A stretch of 64,000 nucleotides of DNA from Azolla caroliniana (GCA_043228905.1 JBHGNT010000018.1:12276001-12340000); one strand, 5' to 3'; positions 12,374 to 26,627 are shown, counted from the stretch's first letter. Translations and numbers: made by a program. Notes: generated by a model not told the origin, from the sequence alone.

Positions 12374-12987
12374 TTTTTCCTTTTCGTTCTTCACCGAGTT
12401 AGGTTTTTGTTGTTGTTGTTTCGAGCTGAAGTCGGTTGCAGAGGTTCTCAACCGTCGCACTCTGATACCATGTGAAATGTAATGTGTAGAAGCTATACAA
12501 AACACAAAATACTGACAGAGAAAAATAGGTTTAATGGAGAGCTTAAGACACAATGTACGCGGGAGAGACAGAGAGGGAATGAACACATAGAAAATAACTA
12601 AATTCAAAGTAAAGTGTAAAACTCTGTACATAGGATGTGCTCAGGGAGCACTTTTATACAAGTCCATACGGACTGATAGAAGTACTGACGAGTACTTCAA
12701 TGCTCATAACTAAGCTCCTACACTAACTCCCAAATATATTCCCTCGCAGAATATCTGTTCAACGGCCTCCCGGTTTTCGCACCGATCCGGCCTCTTGTTG
12801 CGCACCGGTATCTCAACAAACCCTAACCAGGGAAAACCATGGGCGAAAAGATTTTGACTATACAATGGATATACAAGACAAGGAGATTACAACACTCTCT
12901 CAACACAGAGTGTATCAACCGTGTAGGGCTCTACGCATCTAAGCTCACTCAGCTATGGTGTCATTACCTCTCACACTCTCTGTGTCG

Positions 12988-15900
12988 GACAACCAACAAG
13001 CTGGACACGATCGGGCTGATAGGTTATCCTATGCCGGAGTGAAGGGGGGAATTGTTGGGAATTGATCTCTACGGATGGGTTCCGGTGATGAATAAAGAGG
13101 ACTCGGTGAGAACCGGAAGAGATCCAGAAACCGGAGGAAACCCGGTGAGAACCGGAAGAGAGTCGGTGAGAACCGGAAGAGAAGACATATCTGTAAATAT
13201 GTTTCAAGTAAGCCTATTGAGGATATATTTGTAAATAGCCCTAAGTTCATATAAGTATAAATATGACTTATGGCAATCACTTTGTAAGGTTGTTGTTATT
13301 GTCATATTGTTGTACAGAGAGAGCGATAGAGAGAGGGAGAGAGACATACAGAGCGATACTCTCTTGGAACCTCAAATTGGCAAAGAAACCGAGCTCGAGG
13401 TCGTTTCCTACGAGTCTTTGATTGTACCCCTTCTCTTCACAGTGATAGTTCAGAGTCTGTGGGCTCCTGTGGTTTTTACCTATTAGGGTTTTCCACGTAA
13501 ACATATTGTGTTCACTCTTTAGTTCCCCTTTCTGTGTTCTCCATTCTCTTCGAAGTGTTCAAGACTCGGTTGTGGTCGAGCAATATTCCGCGCTATTCTC
13601 TTCAAACTGGTATAATATTCCGCGCTATTCTCTTCAAACTGGTATTAGAGCAAACAACACAGGAACTGGAAGAATCGTTCGGCGGTATGTTTAAGCTGAC
13701 TCGATGCAACTACTCAGTGTGGAAGTCGAAGATGAGGGATATGTTGGTGGTTAAAGAGCTTTGATTGCTGGTTCAGTTCGGGGACAAGAAATTGGATAAG
13801 ATTGATGTCGGTTCAGTTCGGCATACATCCGGTGCTTTATCGACATGAGCTTGTAGAACAACTTCAATAAAGAGAGCAAAGGTCATGAACTCTAGGAGAA
13901 GATCGACATCATGTTCCAGAACAAGAATGTCGTTAATCGGGTGTCGGTATTCCGGAAGCTAGTGAGGCTCTGGTACCAAGACGGCTCCAATATGATGGAG
14001 CACATGAATGCCTTCCAAGGGCTAATACATCAAGCAACCTCGTTGGAAGTACCTCTCATCGATGAGGTACTCGCATTGCTCCTACTCAGTTCCCTCCTGG
14101 ATAGTTGGGAGATGTTAGTTGTCACGCTAGGCAACGCTAGGCCGGAAGGAAAGCAGGTGTCCCTAGCAAAGGCAAAGTCAAGCTTGCTAGATGAAGAAGC
14201 TCGCCGGAAGGATCGGGAGTCCGGAACCGATCCAAAGGCCTTGGTCATGGAAGATGACCAAAACCGAGGAAGAGGCCAGTATCAGAGTCACCAAAACCGG
14301 GACAAATTGGGGAGGAGCTTGAAGTCAAGGGGGAGGCCTACGTGCTTCTATTACGGCATTTCCAGAAAGAGAAAGAAACCGACACCACCGATTCGAAGAA
14401 GAGTTCGGACCGAAATGGTTTGGACCGGAGAGGCCCGGATCGGAAAGGAACGTCGGCGATCATGACAAGTGAAGAAGAACTTATGCTCATTACTGAGTAG
14501 AATGAGTTAAACCTTGTCGGCGATGAGATAACGTGGGTTGTTGATTCCAGAGCGTTGTTTCAGCTGACACCGGATCGGAGATGTTTCTCATCCTACATAG
14601 CCGGTGATCATGGTTGTGTCCAGATGGGGAATGAAGGCACATGAAGAATTGTTGGCATAGGAGATGTGTTTCTGACGACATCAACCAGATGCAAGTTGCT
14701 GCTGAAGGATGTCCGAAACGTTCCAAAGGTTCGATTGAACCTGATATCAGCCGATCGGCTAGATGATGAAGGCTACACGGGTAGCATCCAAAATGGAGTT
14801 ATGAAGTTCAGCAAGGGAAGCTTGATAGTGGCTCGAGCTGAGAAGGTCAACACATTTTACCTGATGCATGCCTGGATATGCCGGGAAGAAGTGAACGTAG
14901 CATCCGACACTGTCAGTGGGCTGTGGCACAAACGACTGTGTCACATGAGTGAGAAGGGGATGAAGAGGCTTGCCGAAGACAACCTCATTTTGGAGAAGGA
15001 TGTGCAACTTTAGAAGTGCACCAATTGCTTGCCTGGCAAGCAAAACCAAACCTCCTTCCAGCCAAGACCACTGATGAGACGGAATGCACCACTGGAGCTG
15101 GTGCATACCGATGTGTGTCAAGTGGACATGAAGTCACATGCCGGATCGTAGTACTTCGTGACGTTCATAGATGACCACAACCGGAAGTTGTGGGTCTCAC
15201 CACTGAAGACAAAGGGTCAGGTGCTATCCGTCTTCAAGGAGCTCCACGCGAGAGTGGAAAGAGAAACCAGCCGGAAGTTGAAGGCGGTTCAAGCGGACAA
15301 CGAAGGAGAGTACCGGGGGCAGTTCGAGGAGTATTGCCGATCGAAGGGAATCCAACTCGAATTTACCGTGCCGAAGACACCAGAATTGAATAGGCTGGCA
15401 GAACCAATGAATCAGACCATGATGGAGAGAGTCCGGAGCATGCTCGCAGATGTAAAGTTACCCAAGGCGTTTTGGGCTGAGGCGCTAATGACGACGACCT
15501 ATGTGATAAACAGATCACCCTCAGTACCCTTGTACGGAGACACACCACAAAGAGTATGGACCAATAAGGACGTATCCTACCAGTATCTAAAGGTATTTGG
15601 ATGTCTTACTTACATGCATGTTGCAAAGGATAAGAGAGCAAAGTTGGATCTGAAGTCCAGGCCATGCATATTCCTTGGATACGGCGATGATGAGTTCGGC
15701 TACCGGGTGTGGGATCTGGTCGGCAAGAAGGTGTTCCGAAGTCGGGAAATAGTCTTCATGGAAGATAGGACCATTGCCAACTGGGAGTCAAAGAAGAAGA
15801 TGATGAACTCCGTATCTTCCATTGAAAACCAGCTTGAGGACACAAGGACATACCCGATTGAAAACCAGATGACACTCGATGAACCAGTCGGATACAGACA

Positions 15901-18164
15901 AGAAACCAAACCGACCAAAGAAGAAGAAGAAGAAGAAGAAGAAGAAGAGACCGGAATCGGAGAAGATCTCGAATCGGATGAGGATGAGGAGCAAACAGAG
16001 GAACTAGCAGTCAGAAACCAAGGATGAAGATATCCTCTGAGAGAGAGAAGAGACCCCCAGAGATTTCCGGATGCAGAGCACGTGTTGCTAACAAATGAGG
16101 GGTAGCCGGAAAGCTTCGAAGAAGCAAACAGAAACACCCACAGCCGCAAGTGGTTGAGTGACATGCAGGATGAGATGGGTTCCCTACATGAGAACCACAT
16201 GTATGAATTGACGGAGTTGCCGAAAGGAAAGAGGGCACTCCGGAACAAGTGTGTGTATAAGCTGAAACCGGGAGATGCCGGAAACCCTCGGAGATACAAA
16301 ACCTGGATTAAGGTGAAGGGGCTCCTGCAGAAAAAATAGTAGATTTTGATGAGATCTTTGCCCCAGTAGTAAAGATGACATCCATCCGAACGGTATTGGG
16401 CATAGCGGCAAGCATGGACCTCTAGGTAGAGCAAGTGGACGTCAAGAAGGCATTCCGACATGGCGACCTCGAAGAAGAGATCTACATACATCAACCGGAA
16501 GGATTTGAGAGGAAAGGGAAGGAGCACCTGGTGTGCCGGCTGAAGAAGAGCCTATACGGACAAAAGCAAGCCCCTTGGGAATGGTACCGGATGTTCGACT
16601 CCTTCATGATAAACCAAGGGTACCACAAGACGCAAGCCAATCACTGCGTGTTTGTGAAGAAATTTGACGGAGGAGACTTCCTGATACTCCTCCTATATGT
16701 GGATGATATGCTAATCGTCGAACGAGACAAAGTCAAGATTCGGATGCTGAAGAAGGCTCTGAACTGGACATTCTCAATGAAAGACTTGGGGCCGGCAAGA
16801 CGGATATTGCGAATGCACATCATCTGGGACCGGTCGAAGAAGTTGTTGTGGTTGTCACAGGAGAAGTACATGACAAAGGTGTGTCAACGATTCAACATGT
16901 CGGAGGCAAAACCGGTCCGGAAAACACAGTCCGATGTCAAAGGCGTAGAAGATGGATATGATGAAGATACCATATGCCTCTACCGTTGGGAGCTTGATGT
17001 ACGCAATGGTATGTACCCAACTGTATATGGGATATGTAGTCGGAGTGGTGAGCCGGTTCATAAGCAATCCTGGCAAAGAGCATTGCAATGCAGTCAAGTG
17101 GATACTCCGGTATCTGAAAGGCACTTTGACTATGTGCCTCCGGTTTGGCTTCGTTAATCCCCAACATGACTGATTCACGGATTCGGATATGTCATGACTT
17201 GTGCAGGGGGATCTGTATCATGACAGTCGAGGTTGGAGAAGACGGTTGCATTGTCAACCTCTGAGGCGGAGTACATGGTAGTTGTAGAAGCCGGCAAGGA
17301 GATAATCTGGATGAAGGACTTCATCGGAGAGCTATGGATCCAACAGGAGGAATATCGGCTCTATTGCGATAGTCAAAGTGGCATCCACCTTGCAAAGAAC
17401 GTGGCCTACCATTCCTGGACTAAACATATCCAACGGACGTACCACTAGATCCGAGAGAGAGTAGAAGATCAAGAGTTCGTGCTGATGAAGATCCACATGG
17501 AGGAGAACGGGTCAGACATGCTGACCAAGATCTTGACAACCGACAAGCTGGACGCGTGCCGAAAGCGGATCGGGCTGACAAGATATCCCATGCCGGAGTG
17601 AAGGGGGAGATTGTTGGGAAATCGGTCTCTCCGGATGGGATCCGGTGATGAATAAAGAGGACCCGATGCGAACTGGAAGAGATCCGGAAACCGGAGGAGA
17701 CCTGGTGAGAACCGGAAGAGAGTTGGTGAGAACCAGAAGATAAGACATATCTGTAAATATGTTTTAAGTAAGCCTATTGAGGCTATATTTGTAAATAGCC
17801 CTAAGTTCATATAAGTATAAATATGGCTTAGGGCAATCACTTTGTAAGGTTGTTGTTATTGTCATATTGTTGTTCAGAGAGAGCGATAGAGAGAGGGAGA
17901 GAGAGATACAGAGCGATACTCTGTTGTAACTGCTGCCTAGCAAAGAAACCGAGCTCTAGGTCGATGCCGACGAGTCTCTAATTGTACCCCTTCTCTTCAT
18001 AGTGATAGTTCAGAGTCAGTGGGCTCCCGTGGTTTTTTGCTATTAGGGTTTTCCACGTAAACATCTTGTGTTCACTCTTTAGTTCCCATTTCTATGTTCT
18101 CCATTCTCATCAAAGTGTTCAAGTCTCGGTTGTGACCGAGCAATATTCCGCGCTATTCTCTCCA
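12988..18164 (+). mobile_element. Copia T2 (Tork-like) plus 3' remnant of an upstream tandem unit
   Basis: LTRs 13053-13604 and 17612-18164; PBS TGGTATTAGAGC 13640-13651; PPT before BOTH LTRs; 12988-13052 is a copy of the RNase H end plus PPT. Confidence 0.9.
13666..17601 (+). pseudogene. pol: T2 gag-pol, heavily degenerate
   Basis: Collinear with the T1/T3 protein (EESFGGMFKL to PMPE*); many stops and frameshifts. Confidence 0.92.
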
Positions 18165-21100
18165 AAAGGATTGGAAGGATCCGGAACCGGGAAAACTGGT
18201 AAAGGGCTAGCCTTCGCGATGAAGCATAAGGCTAACTCGATGAAGAAGACGACTTCCAAATCGGAGGAAGTATGGTACGTTGATTCTGGAGCATCCAACC
18301 ACATGATGAGCTATGAAGAGTGGTTCTCTCTTTTGGAGAAGCTGGAACGACTGGGGATTGTCGAAACCGGAGACGACACTCCTCACCCGATTGTGCATGT
18401 CGGAGAAGTCCTTTTAAGCCATGTCAGACAAAAGGGGAAGTTGATGAATGTACTAGACGTTCCGACTATCACAAAGAAACTTGTGTCAGTTGGACAAATC
18501 GTCGACCAGGGGATGCAGGTGCGGTTTACGCATCTAGGGTGCTTCATCGAGGAAGAAGGCCCGATAATTGCGCAAGGGCGTAGAGAAGGGAGGATGTTCG
18601 TCCTCAACACAAATGATGTTGGCACCGCCATGTTTGCCAAAGGGCAGAAGTTCGAGTTCTAACATTGACCTGTGGCACTAGCGGATCAGCCACGTTAACT
18701 ACTGGAGGCTTCAGGACCTGCAATCGAAATTTAGTGGCTGGAAGGACGAAATTTAGTGGCTAGAAGGCTGAAATTTGTGAAGCCTGCCAACTCGGGAAGC
18801 AACACCAGCTTCCAATCCCTACCGAACAAAACCAGAGCCGTAACAATCTCAATCTAATACATTCGGATGTATGGGGACCGACACAGAATGTTAGTCTTGG
18901 CGGGAGTCGATACTTCATCTCCTTCATCGACGACTATAGCCGATACACGTGGATCTACCTCATTGAATGGAAGAGCGAAGTCTTCGAATGTTTCTGGAAT
19001 TTTCAAAGCTTAGTTGAATGGGAAACAGAGAGGAAGGTGAAGTGCTTGCGATTGGATGGCAAAAAAGAATACTTTTCTGGCTAATTAAACAGTTATCTAC
19101 AGCAGAACAGAATTCAGAGAGAATGCAGCTGCAGATACATTGTACTCCTTACCGACTTCAATTCCTGATGAAGACCCGATTCCGGAAGATGAAGCTAGTG
19201 AGCCCGAGGAGGTCCAAGTAGAAGATGAAGACTTCAACACTCTAGAAGAGAGTCCGATCTCATTCCGGCTTAGTGGACCAAATTAGCGCCTGAGTCGAGA
19301 TGACCAGTCGAATGAAGAACCGGCGAGTAGTGGAGACTCTATTGTGCTCTCCCCATACAAGGAACCGAGGAGACGGTTCACGCGCAAAAAGAAGGGGAAG
19401 AAAGAAGATGCCGGAATACGGAACTAGCAACACGGAGCGACTCCGACTCCAGAAAGGATGAAGGTGGACCTTCAGGAACAAAGTTCGAACCGGCCAAGAA
19501 GGGCCCCAAACCGGGTGATGACAAGTTACGCTGGTCTTCCCGCCAGAAGAACCCCGTTATGCGGTACAGGTACATTGAGTACATGGCACATCACTATGCG
19601 TACATGACCAAAGTGGTGGAAGTGCATGAGCGGGGGAGCTACACAGAAGCGGCAAAGGATGCAATTGGTGTGCCACTATGGAAGAAGAAATGCGGGCACT
19701 CGATGCCAACAACACATGGGACCTCGTCGACCCTCCCCGACACTGTAAACCGACATGTTGCAAATGGGTGTACAAGGTAAAGTACAATGTCGGTGGTTTG
19801 GTTAACCGGTACAAGGCCTGGTTAGTGGCGAAGGGATATGCACAGACCCACGGAATCGACTACGACGATACCTTCGCTCCGGTAGCGAAGATGACGACGG
19901 TTCGCGTGGTACTAGCGGTTGCTGCGGCAAGGGGATGAGATCTTCACCAAATGGACGTGAAGAATGTGTTTCTTCAAGATCACCTTGAAGAATGGGTCTA
20001 TACGATCCAACCCCCCGGTTTTCAGTTGGCGATGAACAAGTCCGCGGTGTGTCGGCTTAAGAAGTCACTTTACGATTTGAAACAAACCCCCCGAGCTTAG
20101 AATGCAAAGATCACGCACTGGTTGCGTAAGATGGGTTTTGTGAACTCTAAATCTGACTCCTCGTTGTTCATCTGACAAGGTTCGGACAATCCGGTTTGCA
20201 TCTTACTTTATGTAGATGATTTAGTCATCACCAGACCCAGCCTCATTGAAATCGGCCGAGTGAAGTCCCCACTATCGGACGCATTTGAAATGAAGGACCT
20301 GGGGGACCTTCATTATTTTCTTGGGATCGAGGTGATCCGAACCCCCGATGGCATATTGCTCTCACAACGACACTACGTTGCCGGAATGCCGACCTATCTC
20401 CACACCCCTGGACCGAAACTAGAAGCTCCGTCCCAACTCTAGACCAGCCTACAATGAGAAACAGTTCCGACAAATTGTCAGAAGCCTCATAAACTTGAAA
20501 ATCACTCGACTTGACCTCAGTTACTCGGTTGGAGTGATCAACTAGTTCATATAGAAGCCAACCGTCGAGCACCTTTAGTGCGCACACCGGATACTCTGGC
20601 ATGGTATAACTGATGAGCTAGTCGGATACATAGATGCCGACTAGGCTGGTGATGCATCGGATCGTCGATGCACCTCTGGTTACATGTTTTCTCTAGGTAG
20701 CACGGTTGTTGCGTGGAGCAGCAAAAAGCAGCCAACAATGGCTCTGTTGAGCACTGAGGTTGAGTACCAGGGCGCTACCAATGCCACCTGTGAAGTCATC
20801 TGGCATCGGAGATTGCTGCGTGACCTCCGGATTGAGGTACCGACCCTGATCTTGATCTACTGTGACAACATTAGTAGTATTCAACTCGTCAAGAACCTTG
20901 AATTCCATGCTCGAACAAAGCACATAGAAGTGCATTATCACTTTGTTCATGAGCGGGTCCTGAGCGCTGAAGTTAAACTTTGGTATGTTCCAATGGATCA
21001 ACAGGTTGCGACATCTTCACCAAGCCGCTAGGATTGGACAAGTTGCAACATTTTTCGGAGATGCTCGGTATTCAGCATCTCGATGTGCCGCACTTGAGGG

Positions 21101-22143
21101 GGAGAAAAGGAAAGGGAACGAATGGTACCAGACAAGGAGCCGGAGAGAAAGAAAGAACCAACAAAGGGGGAGACAAAGGGAAAAAGGAAGTCGAGTCAAC
21201 GAAGGAAGTTGGCACATCCGAGCAAGTCGGAACGAGCGGCAGTGGCGGTAGAGTCAAGAAGGACAGAGCCGACCGGAAGGAGAAGGCCAAGACCTGGACA
21301 TGGTCTAATATGGTGAAGGGCCTGAAACCGGAAGATGAGTTGGAAAACACCGACTCGGACAAGAGCTGGAACGAATCGGGAGCGATCGATTCGGACAAGA
21401 GCTGGAAAGAATCGAAGGAAACCGATTCGGTTCAAGATTCGGAGAAGCCGGATCAACTAAAGGCCAAACAGACACAGACACATCGGAAGTCGACGCCAAC
21501 ATGAAGGAACCGATAGGTCGACAAGCGTCGGAGTCGCAATAGAGAGGGAGTTGAAATGGGCCTGTTGAGTAGACAAGCCGACCGAGGAGGTCGAGGTGTG
21601 CAAAACCAGAAGGTCGCGGCAAACAAGACCGAACCAGATGAGGAGCACGAGCAAGGCGGAGCAACGCCAGAAGGAGCCGAGTAGAAGAACTGGGTGCCGC
21701 GGACACTAACACCACAATCCGAGCTCAAGTTGAGCTTGAGGGGGAGTGTTGAGCAAGCAAGCTCAACTAGATCGGTATCCGGAAACAACTGGCCGGATCA
21801 GGGAGACAGATTCGAGCGGGAAGTGGAAGCCTGGTAGTAACCTAGACTACTAGGTAATCATTGTCTCGTAGTTAGTGTTAGTCGCACGTAGGAATATTGA
21901 AGTACCTATCAATACTTCTGTTAGTCCTTTATGGACTTGTATAACTAGTGTTGTTTAGCACATTGTATATATAGAGTTATAGAGTATTTTCACTTTTTGA
22001 ATCTACGCTTACGTTCTACTCTCTCTATCTCTCCCACGTATACTCTTTGTATCCTAAGCTTCTCCATTAAACCTTCATCTTATTCTCTATTGCTATCCAG
22101 CTGAGCCGTTTTTGTCTAACGCTTCTGCACGTTTACATTCACA
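18165..22143 (+). mobile_element. Copia B2 (family B), 3' portion: PR-INT-RT-RH-tail pseudogene and 3' LTR
   Basis: WYVDSGASNHM immediately after the T2 LTR; [16 protein letters not shown]; RH; PPT 21735-21746; LTR 21747-22143. 5' part absent. Confidence 0.92.
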
Positions 22144-23816
22144 GTTCACGATGAAGGAACTTTGACAAGCCCGACACATACTAGGCATGAGGATAGAGCG
22201 AAATCGAATGACCAAAACTCTCCGAGTCTCCTAGTTTGAATACATCCGCAAGACGTTGAACCGCTTCAACATGGAGAATGCAAAGCCAACACCAACACCG
22301 CTTCCGACGTCGATTGTACTATCGGATAGAGACTCTCCTTCGATGGACAAGGAGAGAAAACTTAGTGGAAAAATACCCTACGCATTGGTAGTTGGAAGGT
22401 ACGCAATGGTGGCGACCCGACCCGACCTAGCCTATGCCGTAGGGGTGGTTAGCCAGTACATGTCAAACTCAGGAAAGAAGCATTGGGAGGCCGTCAAGAA
22501 CATTCTTAGGTATCTAAAAGGAACCTTGGATGCACAACTAACTTTTGGACTGACAACCTTAGCCGAAGTCGAAGGCTACGCCGATTCCGACTATGCCGGA
22601 AATGCAGATAATCGGAAATCGACATCAGGCTACATCTTCACCTATGGTGGCGAGGCGATATTATGGAGGTCGAAACTTCAAGAGTGCACGGCTCTGTCTA
22701 CCACAAAAGCTGAGTACATAGCAACATCAAAAGCAGTGAAGGAAGCGATCTGGCTGCACCGATTGACTGCCAACTTCGGAACTGCAAGCCGAAACGACCG
22801 ACCAACGCCAACCATCTATTGCGACTCACAAAGTGCAATACACCTCATCAATAATCTTGTCTATCATGTGAAGATGAAGCACATTGAGGTGCAGTATCAT
22901 CATATCTGGGAGCTCATAAACGAAAAGAAACTCGAAGTTCGGAAGATCGACACCGAGGTGAACATCGCTGATTGCTTGACAAAGCTAGTCCCAGATCTAT
23001 GCTTCGGAGCACTAACGACAAAAATGGGGCTATGACAAGTGATCGAGCAGAAGAAAGCCGAACGAGGAGCAAAAGATAAGATCTGATCGGAACAATAACA
23101 ACACATCCTATACATCTACCAACTCGGCTACATGCTCACCGGCTTGTAACATATAAACTTAAATCAATTTTGTAATCAAGGCTTACGGGGGAGATAACCC
23201 CAAACACTTATACATGCAAGAAAGAGTAGTCCTTTCATGGGGGAGTTAGTTGGCATAAAAGGCCGACTCCTTCCAAGTTGTATCCATCCAAGTGTGAACT
23301 CGTTAATAAGTTAGGGCTTAGTATATACGTGAATACCTAACATTGTATAGAGTGACGAGTGACAGAGAGACAAAGATTTTGTGCATTGTATCTCAGAGAG
23401 AGAGTGAGAACGAAGCAATAAAGCTTTCCATTAGAGCTTGCACTGTGTAAGTCCACACCTATTCTATTTTTTGTCTACGTTGTTTGCTGTTAAGAACCGA
23501 CAACAGATCCATACACGTTTCCGCAAATCACACTCGTTACCAACACAAAGGTCTCTTCATATTCAACTCCATGTGTTTGTGTGTATCCTTTCGCTACGAG
23601 TCAGGCTTTGTATCGGTTTACAGAGTCGTTAGCATTGTACTTGGACATTGTAAATCCTTCTGCAGCCGATTGCCTTCTTGTGAGGTGAAGAAGGGATGAG
23701 ATCCCATGTCTCATTTTTGGAGAGTGCTTGCATCTCCTCATTCATTGTTTCAACCCATCCGGGGTCCTTCGTGGCTTCAGAAAACGTTTCCGCCTCTCAT
23801 ACAGTCGCTACCTTCA
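22144..23816 (+). mobile_element. Copia C1 (Tork-like, distinct family), RT/RNase H end and probable 3' LTR
   Basis: ORF 22256-23035: TRPDLAYAVGVVS, YADSDYAG, YCDSQSAIHL. PPT GGGGGAG ~23239-23245; putative LTR ~23248-23816 ending CA where B3 sequence begins. Confidence 0.8.
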
Positions 23817-26627
23817 TCATAAAAGCGTAATGGCACGCCATATACTCATTGTAGCCGAATCGACTTATGGGTTCTTTTCTCGGGTGGATCGGCGGAGCTT
23901 CTCGTTTGTAGATGCTAAGGCTTTATTCGCTCCATTTGTCAAGATGTCGAGGCCTTCGAACTCACTATCCAGGGAGTGAGTCGACTCGATTTCGTTCTGA
24001 TATTGTATTCCAACATTTTGACCTTCCCTTTGTCCAGCTTCAGACTCGACCAAGATATACTTTGATCACTTTGAGGCTCTTGTGGCCCACTAAGCCTTGT
24101 CATAATTAGACTTTCTTTGAACATGTGTTTGAATTGATCTCCATCTTCTCTCTTGTTCGGAGGATTCCAGGTCGACTGGACATGGTTTGGGAGGATTTGA
24201 CTCGGGTTCGTGCCATGATGTCGATTCGTTGAAGACTACATCTCAGCTTACACGAACCTTCCGAGTAGAGGGGTTATAACACTTGTACCCCTTTTGCTCC
24301 AGTGAGTATCCAACAAGGATACATTTCTCCAACTTCAGGTCGAAATTTTGTCGCTTCTCGTTGGGGATGTGGACATATGCAATGGCACTGAATATCTGAA
24401 CATGTGATAGATCCAGCTTCTTTCCGAAAAACTTCTCATGCGGGGTAACCTCATGCACGTCGGATGTTGTACACCGATTCATGAGGTAGACGACAGTATT
24501 CACCGCTTTGGCCCAATATGACTTTGGCATGTATTCTCGTTAAGCATGGCATGTGCTGCTTCAAGGATGTGTTGATTATTTCATTCGGCTACTCCGTTCT
24601 ATTGTGGCGTATGTCGACACAAGAACTCTCGCTGAATTCCTTCTTTCCGAAGAAAAGCCGAAAATTTGTCAGAGAAGTACTGTTTTCCTCCATCCAACCG
24701 AAGACATTGTACATGTCGACCTGTTTCCTTTTAGACACCACTCTTGAATTTTTTGAAGTGTCCGAACCCTTCGTTCTTTTCCCACATGGGGTAGATACAG
24801 GTGTGCCTGGGGAAGTCGTCGATGAAGGCCATGTAGTATCGTCATCTGCTGAATGTAGTCGTCTGAGCCGGACCCCATACATCGGAATGAATTACATCGA
24901 GTACGCCTTTGCTCGCGTTCCTCTCCTTCGGGAACGGGTGTCGATGTTGTTTGCCTAATTGGCAAGCTGCACATACGCCTTCAATAACCTTCTCTTTGAA
25001 GGTTGGGAGCCCGATGACAACTTCTTTTGATTGCACTACCTTGAGCTTTTGGAGGTTGATGTGGCCAATCTGCTTGTGCCATAGCTCTATGTCGGAATCG
25101 GCTTTTGTGCCCTTTGCGAACATTGCCGATTTAATCTCATGCGAGTCGAGAATGAACATTCGGCCCTCGCTTTGTCTGCGAGTGATGAGTCGAGCCTCAT
25201 TTTCGATGAAGCAACCACCTTGATTAAATCGAACTCGCATCCCTTGCTCAACAATTTGGCCAACGGAGACCAAATTAATCGTAATGGTTGCTACATGCAA
25301 GAAATTCTTAATATAAGTTTGCTTACCTTCTTTTCCGAATGGAACATTGCCGATGTGTCAAATCAGATGACCAGTGTCGTCTCGGGTTTCGACATAGCCG
25401 GGTCGGTCCGGCTCTCGAAGTTCTCGGAACCATTCTTGATAAGAATTCATATGGTTCGAGGCACCGAAGTCGACGAACCATACGTCTTTCGAACTAGATG
25501 GGTTATTCGAAGTAGAAGCTGACAAAGATTTGTCTCATCACGAACATTCCACCATGATCGTCATAGTTGGAGTTGGTGGTGTATTTGCTGAGTTGTCGAC
25601 TAGTGGAAGCCGACTCGTGCATCTTCTTCGTGGTGACCAACTTTGCCGCAATATTTGTATTCAATAGAGGTTTGTCGGCTCGAACAGGAATGGAAGCTCC
25701 CACTTCTTCCAAAGGTTCCTCGATAGCTTCCATCTTGTTGCCGAAATTGGGAGTTATTTTCATATGTCGGACCTCGTCCACCTTGTCCTTGGCTTAATCG
25801 GCCTCTTCTTGCACGATCACATCCTCTTCCTCTGTTTGAGTGTGAGTAAAGCATGTATCCTTTTGAGACGTTGCTCCTTGTTCGAACATGGTTTTCTTCA
25901 ACCAATAACATAAATTGAAAATCAAAGAAAGCGGGCGGATTCTCTCGTGCTAGTACGATGGTCCTCATCACGCTGAATCGTGGTGGAAGGCCACCGAGGC
26001 ATATTTGCACCATCTCATCATCGTCCACATTGATGCTTATTGAGCTGAGCGAGTCACAAAGCTCCTTGATCTTAAAGATGTAGCTTTTGATGGACATATG
26101 CCTTTGTTCGATGTTGTTCAACTCTTGGCATAGTTGAAGCTTTCTCGCAGTTGTGTTGGTGGCGAAAATCTTTCGTAGATTCTCCCACGCTTCCTTAGAA
26201 GTCTTGGCTTCTCGAATGTAGCTGAGCATGTGGTCGTGAACACATGTCGCCAAGCAATACATTACTCAACTCGCCGCTTGCTCCCATGTTGATTAGTTTG
26301 CGTCCTTCGGGTCGGGTCGATTTTCTTGTGCTCCTTTGATGTAACTCCAATATCCTTGACTGACAAGGTATTGGTGCATCTTGTACTCCCAAGATGCAAA
26401 GTTGTTTCGGTCGAACTTGTCATTAGGGAGAGCGCTCCCCATTTGAGAATTCATTGTCGATGAGATTTCTTCTCTCTAGAACATGAGCTATGTAGTCGCA
26501 CTACGATAGCAATGAACCAGTTCCTCTCAAACGTCAGCGTAGAACACAACACACGCAGATGGGCTAGATCGAGTTACCAAACCACTCTAATACCATGTAA
26601 AGAATCGGATATGATTCTTGTGCAGTG
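23817..26627 (-). mobile_element. Copia B3 (diverged family B relative), 5' portion: LTR end, PBS, gag-PR-INT pseudogene
   Basis: PBS TGGTATTAGAG (26585-26595); LTR stub 26596-26627; gag MGSALPNDKFDRNNFASWEYKMHQYL at 26442; IHSDVWGP; RRSTREKNP. Confidence 0.87.

Larger units (their letters stand above)
1124..12818 (-). mobile_element. Copia LTR retrotransposon B1 (Bryco/Lyco-like), full length, degenerate, contains T1
   Basis: LTRs 1124-1503 and 12471-12818; TSD AACCT/AACCC; PBS TGGTATCAGAG abutting the LTR (12460-12470); PPT 1504-1515; gag-PR-INT-RT-RH order. Confidence 0.92.
1015..12987 (-). repeat. 5' LTR of C0, split by B1 (pieces 1015-1123 and 12819-12987), truncated at ~12987
   Basis: Removing B1 restores TTTACGTGGAAACCCTAACCAGGGAAAACCA, matching the motif TTTACGTGGAAAACCCCAAACTAGGGGAAAAACCA in the T1/T3 LTRs. 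Adjacent to the C0 PBS. Confidence 0.7.
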
